The notes under the pieces were generated by a model. That model was given only the letters and a program-made list of their open reading frames with translations. It did no database searches and had not been told where the DNA came from. The position numbers and the translations under genes were made by a program. Source: an uncultured Planctomycetia bacterium (GTDB lineage Bacteria > Planctomycetota > JAKEIC01 > CAZDSO01). From it: a stretch of DNA of 58,818 bases. The stretch spans positions 1 through 58,818 of the forward strand of contig CAZDSO010000002.1 of NCBI GenBank assembly GCA_964508045.1. The letters are read 5' to 3'. Of the stretch, positions 15,707-23,985 are shown piece by piece. Within the stretch, counting starts at the first letter, position 1. Every line of letters starts with the position of its first letter.

Positions 15707-17089
15707 ATGATCCAGCCCTACATCGATTCCCACGCCCACCTCGATTTTCCGGCATTCGACGGCGAACGCGACGCCGTGCTCCGCCGCGCCCGCGACGCCG
15801 GCGTCGGCGCCGTCCTCACCGTCGGAACCGACCTCGAGGCCACGAAAACCTGCCTCGAGATCGCTTCCCGTTTCGAAAACGTCCGCGCCTCCGCGGGCAT
15901 CCACCCCCACGAGGCCGGACAAGCCTCCCCCGCCGCGCTCTCGGACCTCGAAGCCCTGGCCCGAGGCGGAGCGGCGGCCGTCGGCGAGATCGGCCTCGAC
16001 TACTACCGCGACCGCTCCCCCCGGGACCTCCAGCAACGCGCCTTCCGGGATCAGCTCGACCTCGCTTCCCGGCTGGACCTTCCCGTCATCATCCACACGC
16101 GGCAGGCCTGGGAGGACACGATCGGGATCCTCCGGCAACACCCCCCCCCGAAACGAGGCGTGATCCACTGCTTCTCCGGCGACGCCGACGAGGCCGCCGA
16201 GGCCCTGGCGCTCGGCTTCCACCTCTCCTTCGCCGGCCCCCTCACCTACACAAACGCCCGGAAGGCCCGCAAGGCCGCCGCCTCCGTCCCCCTCGAAAGG
16301 CTCCTGATCGAAACCGACGCCCCCTTCCTCGCCCCCCAGAGCCGGCGCGGGAAACGAAACGAACCCGCCTTCGTGACCGAGGTGGCGCGCGTCCAGGCCC
16401 GGCTGCACGGCGTCTCGCCCGAAGACGCCGGGCGCGTCACCTCCCTGAACGCCCGCACGCTCTTCGGCCTCGGCCCCCCGGTGCCCCCCGAGCGCATCGC
16501 CTACCCCATCCGGGACGCCCTCTACGTCAACCTCACCAACCGCTGCACCAACCGGTGCCGCTTCTGCCCCCGGGAAACCCGTCCCGTCGCGGGAGGGCAC
16601 GAGCTCGCGCTTCCCGCCGAACCCACGGTCCAGGAGGTCCTCGCGGCCGTCTCCGGCGCGCATCCGGACCGGTACCGCGAGGTCGTCTTCTGCGGCTTCG
16701 GCGAGCCGACGCTCCGCCTCGACGCCGTGATCGACGTCGGGAAGCGCCTGCGCGAAAAGGGCCTGCACGTGCGCCTCGACACCAACGGCACGGCGAACCT
16801 GGTCGCCGGGCGCGACGTGACGCCCGCGCTGGCGTCGGCGGTGGACGAGGTCTCGGTGAGCCTGAACGCGCACGACGCCGCGACGTACGCGCGCCTGTGC
16901 CGGCCGTCGTTCGGGGAGGGGACGTTCGAGGCCGTCGTGGACTTCGCGACCTCGGCCCGGACGCGGATCGGAAACGTGACCCTCTCGATCGTGGGCGGCC
17001 AGGACGGGGTGGACGAGGAAGCCTGCCGGCGGATCGCGGAAGAGGCGGGGGCGCGGTTCCGCCTCCGGCCGTACAAGGGGAAGGGGTAG
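15707..17089 (+). CDS. TatD-family metal-dependent hydrolase fused to a radical-SAM domain
   Basis: The N-terminus YIDSHAHLDFPAF...GEIGLDY...IIHTR...VIHCFSG...ETDAPFL is a TatD pattern. The C-terminal ~190 aa begin at YVNLTNRCTNRCRFCPRE, a CX3CX2C radical-SAM cluster motif. Confidence 0.88.
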   Translation: MIQPYIDSHAHLDFPAFDGERDAVLRRARDAGVGAVLTVGTDLEATKTCLEIASRFENVRASAGIHPHEAGQASPAALSDLEALARGGAAAVGEIGLDYYRDRSPRDLQQRAFRDQLDLASRLDLPVIIHTRQAWEDTIGILRQHPPPKRGVIHCFSGDADEAAEALALGFHLSFAGPLTYTNARKARKAAASVPLERLLIETDAPFLAPQSRRGKRNEPAFVTEVARVQARLHGVSPEDAGRVTSLNARTLFGLGPPVPPERIAYPIRDALYVNLTNRCTNRCRFCPRETRPVAGGHELALPAEPTVQEVLAAVSGAHPDRYREVVFCGFGEPTLRLDAVIDVGKRLREKGLHVRLDTNGTANLVAGRDVTPALASAVDEVSVSLNAHDAATYARLCRPSFGEGTFEAVVDFATSARTRIGNVTLSIVGGQDGVDEEACRRIAEEAGARFRLRPYKGKG

Positions 17090-17143
17090 ATCCCTCGACA
17101 GGCCCCGCCTTCACGAAGGAAAAGGCGGGGCCTGTCGAGGGGG

Positions 17144-18253
17144 TCACTTCGGCGCCTCGTCCTTCTGGTAGTGCTTGCTGGCGTCGCGGAGGAAGGCCCT
17201 CTCCCGCTCGGACAGGGCGGTGATGCCTTCCTTGGCGATCTTGTCGAGGAGGAAGTCCACGCGTTTCCGGACTTCCACTTGCCGGCGCACTTCCTTTTCC
17301 CGTTTCTTCTGGATGCGGCGGATGCGCCTTCGATCGAGCCATCCCGGTTCCGGGGCGGGTTTCGGGGTGAAGGCCTCGGCGGCGTACCGCTCCTCGCCGT
17401 CGAGGACGGAGGCGAGGGCGCCGTACTCGAGAAGGCGCTTCTCCCGCTCGCAGAAGAGGTATCCGACGACGGCGAAGAGGAGGAGGAGGATGCCGTTTTC
17501 GGAGATCCAGGGCGGCACCTTCTCCCCGGCGAGGAAGAGGACGATGCCCGCGATTCCCAGCAAGACGGCCGCGGCCTTGCCCACCTTGACCACGGTGAGG
17601 GTGGACGCGGCGTAGCCCCGGTCGGCGTCCCGGGCGATGAGGGTCCAGCGCAGGACGTCGGCGCCGTCCAGGGGGAAGAGGGGGACGAGGTTGAAGGCGA
17701 AGAGGACGGCGTTGCCGAGAAAGCCCACCTGGAGGAGGTAGGGTCCGAACCCGTGCCACCGGAAGGGGGAGAGGCCCGCCAGGGCGAGGAGGCCGAGGCA
17801 GAGGAGGGAGAGGACGAGGTTGACGGCGGGGCCCATGGCGGAGACGCGGATCTGGGGCCCGGGGAAGGGGGGCACGCCCTCGATCTCGGCCATGCCGCCC
17901 AGGGGCCACATCAGGATCTGGCGGGCCTTCCCGCCGGCGCGAAGCCCCGTCCAGACGTGGCCCAGCTCGTGGAGAAAGACGGAAAGGAAGATCACGCCCA
18001 GGGCCGCGAGGCCGAGCACCCGCCCGATGGACTCCTGACGGATGAGGTCGCGAAGGCCCACGATGACGAACAGGGCCAGAAAGAGCCAGTGGACGCGAAT
18101 CTCGGCGCCGAGGAGCCGGCCGATTTTCAGGGACCAGCCGATGGAGACCCCCTTTCCGGAGGGCCTTTCCGTCCTTTCCGCTTCGAGAAAAATCCCCTCC
18201 AACCGAGTATAGGAGGCCGGGAGAGGGAATGCAACGCGGGGGAGAACATTCAA
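17144..18253 (-). CDS. M50 family site-2 protease-like membrane metalloprotease with a C-terminal cytoplasmic extension
   Basis: HExxH (FLHELGHVW), NLVPLFPLDG motif and multiple TM helices are present. The exact start is uncertain: the track start is TTG, and the protein may begin nearer to GWSLKIGRLLG. Confidence 0.85.
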   Translation of the reverse strand: MNVLPRVAFPLPASYTRLEGIFLEAERTERPSGKGVSIGWSLKIGRLLGAEIRVHWLFLALFVIVGLRDLIRQESIGRVLGLAALGVIFLSVFLHELGHVWTGLRAGGKARQILMWPLGGMAEIEGVPPFPGPQIRVSAMGPAVNLVLSLLCLGLLALAGLSPFRWHGFGPYLLQVGFLGNAVLFAFNLVPLFPLDGADVLRWTLIARDADRGYAASTLTVVKVGKAAAVLLGIAGIVLFLAGEKVPPWISENGILLLLFAVVGYLFCEREKRLLEYGALASVLDGEERYAAEAFTPKPAPEPGWLDRRRIRRIQKKREKEVRRQVEVRKRVDFLLDKIAKEGITALSERERAFLRDASKHYQKDEAPK

Positions 18254-18345
18254 GGCCGGGCCCGTTCCGGACGATGGAGATAATGGACCGTCATCGATCG
18301 GGATTTCAACGGGATGCTAGCGATACGCAAAGAAGGATGGAATCC

Positions 18346-19353
18346 ATGAGACGCATCACGGCATGTTCGACGGCATTTCTGGTCGCGATCCTCGCGGCTG
18401 CGCGGGCCGAGGCTTCCGGCCCCTGGCTCACGGCCAAATCGGCGGCGGTGGGGGACCGGAACGGAGCGATGCTCTGGGAGAGGAACGCGGCGTACAAGGC
18501 GCCGCCGGCCAGCACGGCGAAGGTGATGGCGGCCCTGGTGGCGCTGGAGCGCGTCTCCCCGGAGACGCGGGTGACGGTTTCCCGGCGCGCTGCGTCCCAG
18601 GAGCCCACGAAGATCGGCGTCCGTGCGGGCGAGACGTTCCGCGTGGAGGACCTGGTCCGCGCGGCCCTCATCAATTCCGGCAACGACGCGGCCTGCGCGC
18701 TGGCCGAGGGCGTGGCGGGATCGGAGTGGCGCTTCGCCGTGTGGATGACGGAGAAGGCGAAGAAGCTGGGGGCCCGGCGCACGGTGTTCAAGCGCGCGAG
18801 CGGCCTGCCCGCCCAGGGGCAGGTCACCACGGCCTCCGACCTCGTCACGATCATGCAGGCCGCCCTGACGAACGCCTTCATCCGGAAGGTCATGTCGATC
18901 AAGGAGACCTGGATCGAGAGCGGACGGGGGCGCCGCATCCGGCTTCGGAACCACAACCGCCTCCTGTGGGACGGCCGCCGCCCCGTCTACCTCAAGACCG
19001 GCTACACGAGGGCCTCCCGCCACTGCTACGTCGGGTACGTGGGCAAGAAGGGCGAATACGGCGTGTTCGCCTTTCTCACGGCCCGCAAGCCGTGGCCCGA
19101 CGTCCGCGCCCTGGCCGACTGGTGCCTGAAGAGAGGTCCCCACATCGAGGTCAACCGGCGCCTGCTGAAAAAGCCCGAGGTCCGCGACGTCCAGCGGCTG
19201 CTGAAACGCAAGGGCTTCGACCCCGGCCCCGTCGACGGCCTCTTCGGGCCCCGCACCCTGCAGGCCGTCCTCGCCCTCCAGAAGGCCCGGGGCCTCACCA
19301 CCGACGGCATCGTCGGCCCCCGCACGAAAAAGGCGCTGGGCATGGAAAAATGA
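18346..19353 (+). CDS. D-alanyl-D-alanine carboxypeptidase (peptidase S11) with a C-terminal peptidoglycan-binding domain
   Basis: SxxK (ASTAK), SxN (NSGND) and KTG (KTGYT) motifs are present. The C-terminal VRDVQRLLKRKGFDPGPVDGLFGPRTLQAV...GIVGPRT is PG_binding_1-like. ATG 18346 is preferred (AGAAGGA 8 nt upstream, signal peptide MRRITACSTAFLVAILAAARAEA). The track start is 18229. Confidence 0.9.
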   Translation: MRRITACSTAFLVAILAAARAEASGPWLTAKSAAVGDRNGAMLWERNAAYKAPPASTAKVMAALVALERVSPETRVTVSRRAASQEPTKIGVRAGETFRVEDLVRAALINSGNDAACALAEGVAGSEWRFAVWMTEKAKKLGARRTVFKRASGLPAQGQVTTASDLVTIMQAALTNAFIRKVMSIKETWIESGRGRRIRLRNHNRLLWDGRRPVYLKTGYTRASRHCYVGYVGKKGEYGVFAFLTARKPWPDVRALADWCLKRGPHIEVNRRLLKKPEVRDVQRLLKRKGFDPGPVDGLFGPRTLQAVLALQKARGLTTDGIVGPRTKKALGMEK

Positions 19354-19471
19354 CCGGGGAGACCTTCCGCTTTTTCCCGCCTTTCGGGGATTCGGGGTCA
19401 AGACGCGTCCCCCCCCGGCCGATGCCCTAAAGGAGAGGGGAGTCCGTATCGGAACTTCGGAAGGGCACGCC

Positions 19472-20242
19472 ATGCGCAACCCGAGCCGCCTTTGGATCCT
19501 CCTCGCCACGGCGATCGTATTCCTTTCGGCCTCCACGGCCCTGGCCGACCCCGTGACGAGGCTTTCCGGAACCCTCTCCTTCTCCCCCACCTCCACCCGG
19601 CCCTTCTCCTCGGCGCTCACCGCCGAGCCCCCCCTCGCCGTGATCTCGTTCGTCGAGACCGGCCCCGCACGCCTCGCCTCCCAGGCACCGGACCTGATCA
19701 CGCCGGCGCCGCCCGCGCCGAATGCCCCGCGACCGTCGCTCCCCACCCCGAGGATCCGGGACGCCTTCTTCCAGTCCATCGCCCTGCCCGATCCGGACAT
19801 CGAGATCCTGCTGTGTGATCTCAAGAAGAAGTCCGCTCCCGCCGAGCCGGTCGAGGACAAGAACCGCGAGATCAAGATCTTCCCCTCCCTGATCACCTTC
19901 TTCTGCAACCCCTACGCCCTCGCGTCCAGGAAAATGGCGGACATGGGCAGGGGGTTCCGGATGGACTCGCTCGAAGAGATCCATCTGGGCTTCATGGGCC
20001 AGATCGAGGACGTGCGGATCGCCCTCTTCTCGACGGTGTCCATGTGCCGTTTCCGCGAAGACCCTCACTTCACTGACCGGGAGAAGTTCCTCCAGGACAA
20101 GATGACCCATCGCTTCTCCTTCCTCCTCTCCGTCTCGCCCCTGCCGCACATGTACGTCGGCGCGGCCAGCGGCGCCCAGGTCGTGGACAAGCCCCGCGCC
20201 TACATCTTCGAGTTCCTGCTCGAGGCGCGCCTGCGCTTCTAG
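19472..20242 (+). CDS. Secreted hypothetical protein, possibly an outer-membrane beta-barrel
   Basis: Signal peptide MRNPSRLWILLATAIVFLSASTALA, a Pro-rich segment, and a C-terminal ...EARLRF ending in Phe as in many OMPs. Confidence 0.6.
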   Translation: MRNPSRLWILLATAIVFLSASTALADPVTRLSGTLSFSPTSTRPFSSALTAEPPLAVISFVETGPARLASQAPDLITPAPPAPNAPRPSLPTPRIRDAFFQSIALPDPDIEILLCDLKKKSAPAEPVEDKNREIKIFPSLITFFCNPYALASRKMADMGRGFRMDSLEEIHLGFMGQIEDVRIALFSTVSMCRFREDPHFTDREKFLQDKMTHRFSFLLSVSPLPHMYVGAASGAQVVDKPRAYIFEFLLEARLRF

Positions 20243-20461
20243 CCGCCCGATCCACCTCCCTGGATGCCCGCGCTCCCGGCCGCCGCTACCGCCGAAATCG
20301 GAAATCCCTGCCCAAGAGTCCGGGGCACGAAAGAACCATTCGCGCTGTGGCTCCACTTTGACGGTTGCCATCTTCTATTCCTGGCGACGATGCGATGGGA
20401 TGAAATGTCACAAAAAAAACGATGCATCCCTCTGAGAATGTGGAATGCCATGGACACCCTG

Positions 20462-20809
20462 TCACAGCTCCCGCAGGCAGGCCGGGCAGCGCTTCACGCT
20501 GTTCTTCAGCGCCTTGGTGATGCGGATGCGCTTCCCGCAGTGCGGGCAGATGAGGATCGCGAGGTTCGAGTCCTCGTCCCGGAAATCGATCGCCCGCGTC
20601 TTTCCGCTCTGGAAGATGTCGAGGGCCCGCTCGGCCTCCCCGGCCGGCACCAGGACGTCGTAGGGGCGACGCGACGTGTCGCTCAGCACCTGGACCTTCG
20701 TGTTCAGCGACAGGCGGACCTCGATGCCGTGGCTTTTCAGGATCGTCTCGAGGAACTTCGCCTTCGCCTCGCTCTCGGCCGTGACGACGGCCACGAAGTC
20801 TTCGCTCAT
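20462..20809 (-). CDS. Small DUF2007-like protein with a C-terminal zinc ribbon
   Basis: The internal ATG (MSEDFVAVVTAESEAKAKFLETILKSHGIEV...) is preceded by a GAGAGGGGGG RBS. The sequence CPHCG...CPAC forms the zinc ribbon. The upstream part of the 167-aa track ORF looks non-coding. Confidence 0.65.
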   Translation of the reverse strand: MSEDFVAVVTAESEAKAKFLETILKSHGIEVRLSLNTKVQVLSDTSRRPYDVLVPAGEAERALDIFQSGKTRAIDFRDEDSNLAILICPHCGKRIRITKALKNSVKRCPACLREL

Positions 20810-20929
20810 GGACGGCCCCCCTCTCGCCAGCGCAGGGATTTCAGATGTCGGGGAATCCGAGGCCAGCCGGCGGCATCCCGAAAGGTTGCAGACCCGGCAT
20901 GCCGGCCCTCCCGCTTCTCTTCTCCCGCC

Positions 20930-20935
20930 ATTGTA
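20930..20935 (-). promoter_or_regulatory. Putative -10 (gCTACAAT) upstream of the DUF2007-like gene
   Basis: TACAAT sits on the - strand about 120 nt upstream of ATG 20809. Mirror copy at 37884..37889 (+). Confidence 0.3.
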
Positions 20936-21180
20936 GCCCACAACATCAGCGCCTTGGACCCCCATGCCTTGGATTGTTTTCTTTCCGAGAACATCTCCGG
21001 TGCTGCAGTGTTATCTCGAGCCTGAAAACACTGAGATTCTACTGGACTACGCTGAAAGGGCTTTGGGGGAAGGTGGCTTCCCTCCATCGAAAATACTTCA
21101 GCGTTCTCAGAGTCGAAAGACTTGCCAACTCCGGCTTCTTGCCCGTCTTGGCCGCGCGAAGCGGCTTTCGTATTGTCCTT

Positions 21181-22749
21181 TCAGCGCCGGTGCACGATCT
21201 CGCCGTCGAAGACCGTCAGATCCACCCGGACGTTCCGGAGATCCTCCGCGGGGATGGAGAACGGATCCCGGTCCGTCACGCACAGGTCCGCCCGCTTGCC
21301 GGCCTCCACGCTTCCCCTCTCCGCGCCGTCCCCCGACGCCTCCGCCGGCGCCGTCGTGTAGGCCCGGATCGCCTCCTCCACCCCGATGCGCTCCGCAGGG
21401 TACCAACCCTCCTCGGGCGTCCCGTCCAGCCGGGCGCGCCTCACCGCCGCGTGGACCCCGAACCAGGGATTGGGGTCGGCCACCGGCATGTCCGATCCGA
21501 ACACGAGCCTGACCCCCGCGTCCAGAAGCGTGCGGAACCGGTAGGCGTTCGCGCCCCGCTCCCCCAGGGCCCGGTCGATCTGATCGAGGTCCAAAGAGAG
21601 GTGGATCGGCTGGACCGACGCCGTGATCCCGAGCTTCTGGAACCGTACCAGGTCGTCCTCGTGCAGGTGCTGCGCGTGCTCGATGCGGTAGGGCCGGTCC
21701 AGGGACCCGCCCGCGTTCTCGATCGCGTCCAGGACGGTGCGGTTGGCGGCGTCGCCGATGGCGTGGACCATGACGGGAAGGCGGAAGCTCGCGGCCTCGC
21801 GGATCACGGCCTCGAGATCCTCCCGGCCGGTCACGGGGATGCCGCGGGAGGACGCCTTGCCGTAGGGCTCCAGCATGTGGGCCGTCTCGGCGAGCACGGC
21901 GCCGTCGGCGAACATCTTCACGCCTTCGATCCGGAGGAGATCGTCGCCGAAGCCGCCTTCCAGCCCCACGGACGCAGCACCCGGCAGCTCCTCACCGGCG
22001 AGGAAGTAGCGGACGCGAAGCTTCAGCTTCCGCGCCGCACGAAGACGCTGGAGCGCGCGAAGCGACTTCTTCCGCTCCGGCGCGTGCACCGAGACGATCC
22101 CGAAGCCGTGGAGGATCGCCTGGGCCCCCTCCAGGGCTTCCGCAAGCCGGTCCGGCGGATCCTGGGGAATGCGCTCCTTGAAGGCGTCCGCCGCGCGCTC
22201 CTTGAGGATGCCCGTGGGACGCCCTTCGCGATCCCGCTCGAAGGCCCCGCCGTCCGGGTCGGGCGTGTCCGCGTCGATGCCGGCCACCCGGAGGGCCGCC
22301 GAGTTCACCCACAGCACGTGGCCGTCCATGGAGCTGAGCGCCACCGGGACGTCGCCGGAGACGCGGTCGATCATGGACCGGTCCGGGAAGCCCTCGAGCC
22401 CCCAGCCCCGGAACACCCATCCCCGCCCGAGAACCCATTCGCCGGGCTTCGCCGAGGCAACGCGCTTTCCGACCGCCTCCATCGCGTCCTCGAGCGTATC
22501 GAAGGTTCTCAGGTCGATGCGGGCGAGACCGGCGGCCCAGGAGACCAGGTGGCCGTGGGAATCGGTGAAGCCGGGCAGGACGCACCGGCCCTGCAGGTCG
22601 ACGGTCTTCTCGGCGGGGGGCGCGTCCCTCGTCTCGCCGACCCAGGCGATCCGCCCGTTCTGGACCGCCACGGCCGAGGCCACGGTTCCCTTTTCGTCCA
22701 TCGTCCGGACGACGCCGTTTTCGAACCGGAGGCTCATCCCGCGTTCCAT
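21181..22749 (-). CDS. Amidohydrolase-3 (YtcJ-like) metal-dependent hydrolase
   Basis: LPGFTDSHGHL (HxH), VHAIGDAANRTVLDAIE, RIEHAQHL and FGSDMPV are present, and the ~520-aa length is typical. Confidence 0.88.
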   Translation of the reverse strand: MERGMSLRFENGVVRTMDEKGTVASAVAVQNGRIAWVGETRDAPPAEKTVDLQGRCVLPGFTDSHGHLVSWAAGLARIDLRTFDTLEDAMEAVGKRVASAKPGEWVLGRGWVFRGWGLEGFPDRSMIDRVSGDVPVALSSMDGHVLWVNSAALRVAGIDADTPDPDGGAFERDREGRPTGILKERAADAFKERIPQDPPDRLAEALEGAQAILHGFGIVSVHAPERKKSLRALQRLRAARKLKLRVRYFLAGEELPGAASVGLEGGFGDDLLRIEGVKMFADGAVLAETAHMLEPYGKASSRGIPVTGREDLEAVIREAASFRLPVMVHAIGDAANRTVLDAIENAGGSLDRPYRIEHAQHLHEDDLVRFQKLGITASVQPIHLSLDLDQIDRALGERGANAYRFRTLLDAGVRLVFGSDMPVADPNPWFGVHAAVRRARLDGTPEEGWYPAERIGVEEAIRAYTTAPAEASGDGAERGSVEAGKRADLCVTDRDPFSIPAEDLRNVRVDLTVFDGEIVHRR

Positions 22750-22764
22750 GCTCCGTTCCTTTCA

Positions 22765-23202
22765 TCAGTCGAGGTCCCCGAGACGCAGAACGCGTACGTC
22801 TCCCTTCCCGGCCCTTCGGGCCAGGCGGTCGTCCGCCGTCACCAGGGGGGCGCGGGCGGCTTTCGCGCAGGCGAGGTAGCTGGCGTCGTAGACTGTGACG
22901 CCGAGATCCAGGGCGAGGGCGAGGGCGTTCTTCGCGAGCTGCTCCACGGGGAGGGGGATCAAATCGATCTCCAGGATACGGGCGAGACTTCTTTTCGCCT
23001 CATCGGGAGCGTATCCGAAGCGCTTCACGTATTTCCAGAGGGCATTCGCGCATTCCAGGTAGAGAAGATCGGGGACGAAGAACCTCGTCTCCGGATCGAG
23101 GGCCAGCCGCTCGAAGAAGGCCTCCGCCTTGCCGGACAGGTTCTCTTCCACGAACAGTTTGAGGCAAACGCTCGCGTCCACGGCGAAGCTCTTGCCCTTC
23201 AT
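22765..23202 (-). CDS. vapC: PIN-domain toxin (VapC family)
   Basis: FAVDASVCLKLF, YDASYLACA and VTADDRL supply the conserved acidic PIN residues. The gene overlaps the upstream antitoxin gene by 4 nt. Confidence 0.85.
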   Translation of the reverse strand: MKGKSFAVDASVCLKLFVEENLSGKAEAFFERLALDPETRFFVPDLLYLECANALWKYVKRFGYAPDEAKRSLARILEIDLIPLPVEQLAKNALALALDLGVTVYDASYLACAKAARAPLVTADDRLARRAGKGDVRVLRLGDLD

Positions 23203-23441
23203 CGGTCCCGGTCCTCCCGGATCAGGTCCGTGCTGTCCGGCGTCCCGGGGGGGGGAGTGAACCTGCGCTTCCGGATCCCCTTGAACAGATGCCCTTGCCG
23301 CGAGCGCCGCTCGGCCTCTTCCAATCCCCTCTCGATCAACGCCACCAACTCGGCGCTGAGAGAGCGCCCGACCTTGCCCGCACGTTTCCGGATCCGCTCG
23401 TACAGCCGGTCGGGGACGTTCCTGACGTGCAGCGTGGCCAT
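23199..23441 (-). CDS. vapB: Ribbon-helix-helix antitoxin (VapB/FitA-like)
   Basis: MATLHVRNVPDRLYERIRKRAGKVGRSLSAELVALIERGLEE is a typical Arc/FitA-type RHH N-terminus. It shares an ATGA overlap with vapC. Confidence 0.8.
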   Translation of the reverse strand: MATLHVRNVPDRLYERIRKRAGKVGRSLSAELVALIERGLEEAERRSRQGHLFKGIRKRRFTPPPGTPDSTDLIREDRDR

Positions 23442-23561
23442 GTCGCTTGACCTCTGAGAAAAAATTCCAGAACGCCTTCCCTCATGAACCCGGGCTCCTC
23501 ACACAGGGATTGTGCACCATCTGGTAGCAGTTTGCAACCTCTCTTTCTTTCCTCGACCGCT

Positions 23562-23609
23562 TTTCAAAATCCCCCAAATTCACGAAGTGAATTTGGGAGG
23601 ATTTTGAAA
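23562..23609. repeat. AT-rich 48-nt imperfect palindrome / long hairpin in the 544-bp vapB-HEAT intergenic region
   Basis: TTTCAAAATCCCCCAAATTCAC-gaa-GTGAATTTGGGAGGATTTTGAAA has ~22-bp arms with a single 1-nt bulge. It contrasts sharply with the surrounding GC-rich DNA. Mirror copy at 35210..35257. Confidence 0.8.
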
Positions 23610-23920
23610 CCACCGAGAATGACGAACAGGATCCGCGCATAGAATGGATCGAGGGGACGTGTCGTCCGGCGCCGGGATCGGCTTCCTCTTCGGCGCCTGG
23701 CGGAACGGTCTTCCGGATCGGGAGGAAGAGATCCTCGTCACCGCTGGCTGCGTTGCTCCTCCTCGGGGTGGCCAAGGCCACGACCTCGTCGTCGCGCCTT
23801 GCCAGCGATGACGAATGGCTCGCCCAAAATGGGAAGTACTTCTTGCGCGAACCCTATAACATCGGGCGCGCAAATCCACGAAACGACACCCCCCCCCTGA
23901 CTCCGCAACCGGCGCCATTC

Positions 23921-23929
23921 TGCTACAAT
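23921..23929 (+). promoter_or_regulatory. Putative extended -10 promoter element TGCTACAAT for the HEAT-repeat lipoprotein gene
   Basis: TGcTACAAT lies 57 nt upstream of ATG 23986. The same 9-mer recurs upstream of the second clpP. Mirror copy at 34890..34898 (-). Confidence 0.4.
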
Positions 23930-23985
23930 GCTCCCGGTTTCCGTGACCCGTCTTCCGCATCCATCCGTGCCCCTGGATCGAAGCC

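Noticed and set aside
20560-20584. A tRNA-like T-arm, CGAGG-TTCGAGT-CCTCG.
   Set aside because: No matching 5' acceptor strand, D-arm or 7-nt anticodon loop lies upstream. The segment lies inside the DUF2007-like zinc-ribbon CDS, where it encodes ..DEDSNLAIL.. on the - strand.
22765-23441. vapBC considered as part of a novel defence island.
   Set aside because: It is an ordinary two-gene RHH/PIN toxin-antitoxin pair with the canonical 4-nt overlap. The neighbours are metabolic or housekeeping genes, and no other defence-type genes lie nearby.
23522-23536. A sigma-54-like element, TGGtagcagtTTGCA.
   Set aside because: The GG and GC dinucleotides are separated by 9 nt rather than the canonical 10. 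The site is ~450 nt from the nearest downstream start, and no enhancer-binding-protein gene is nearby.
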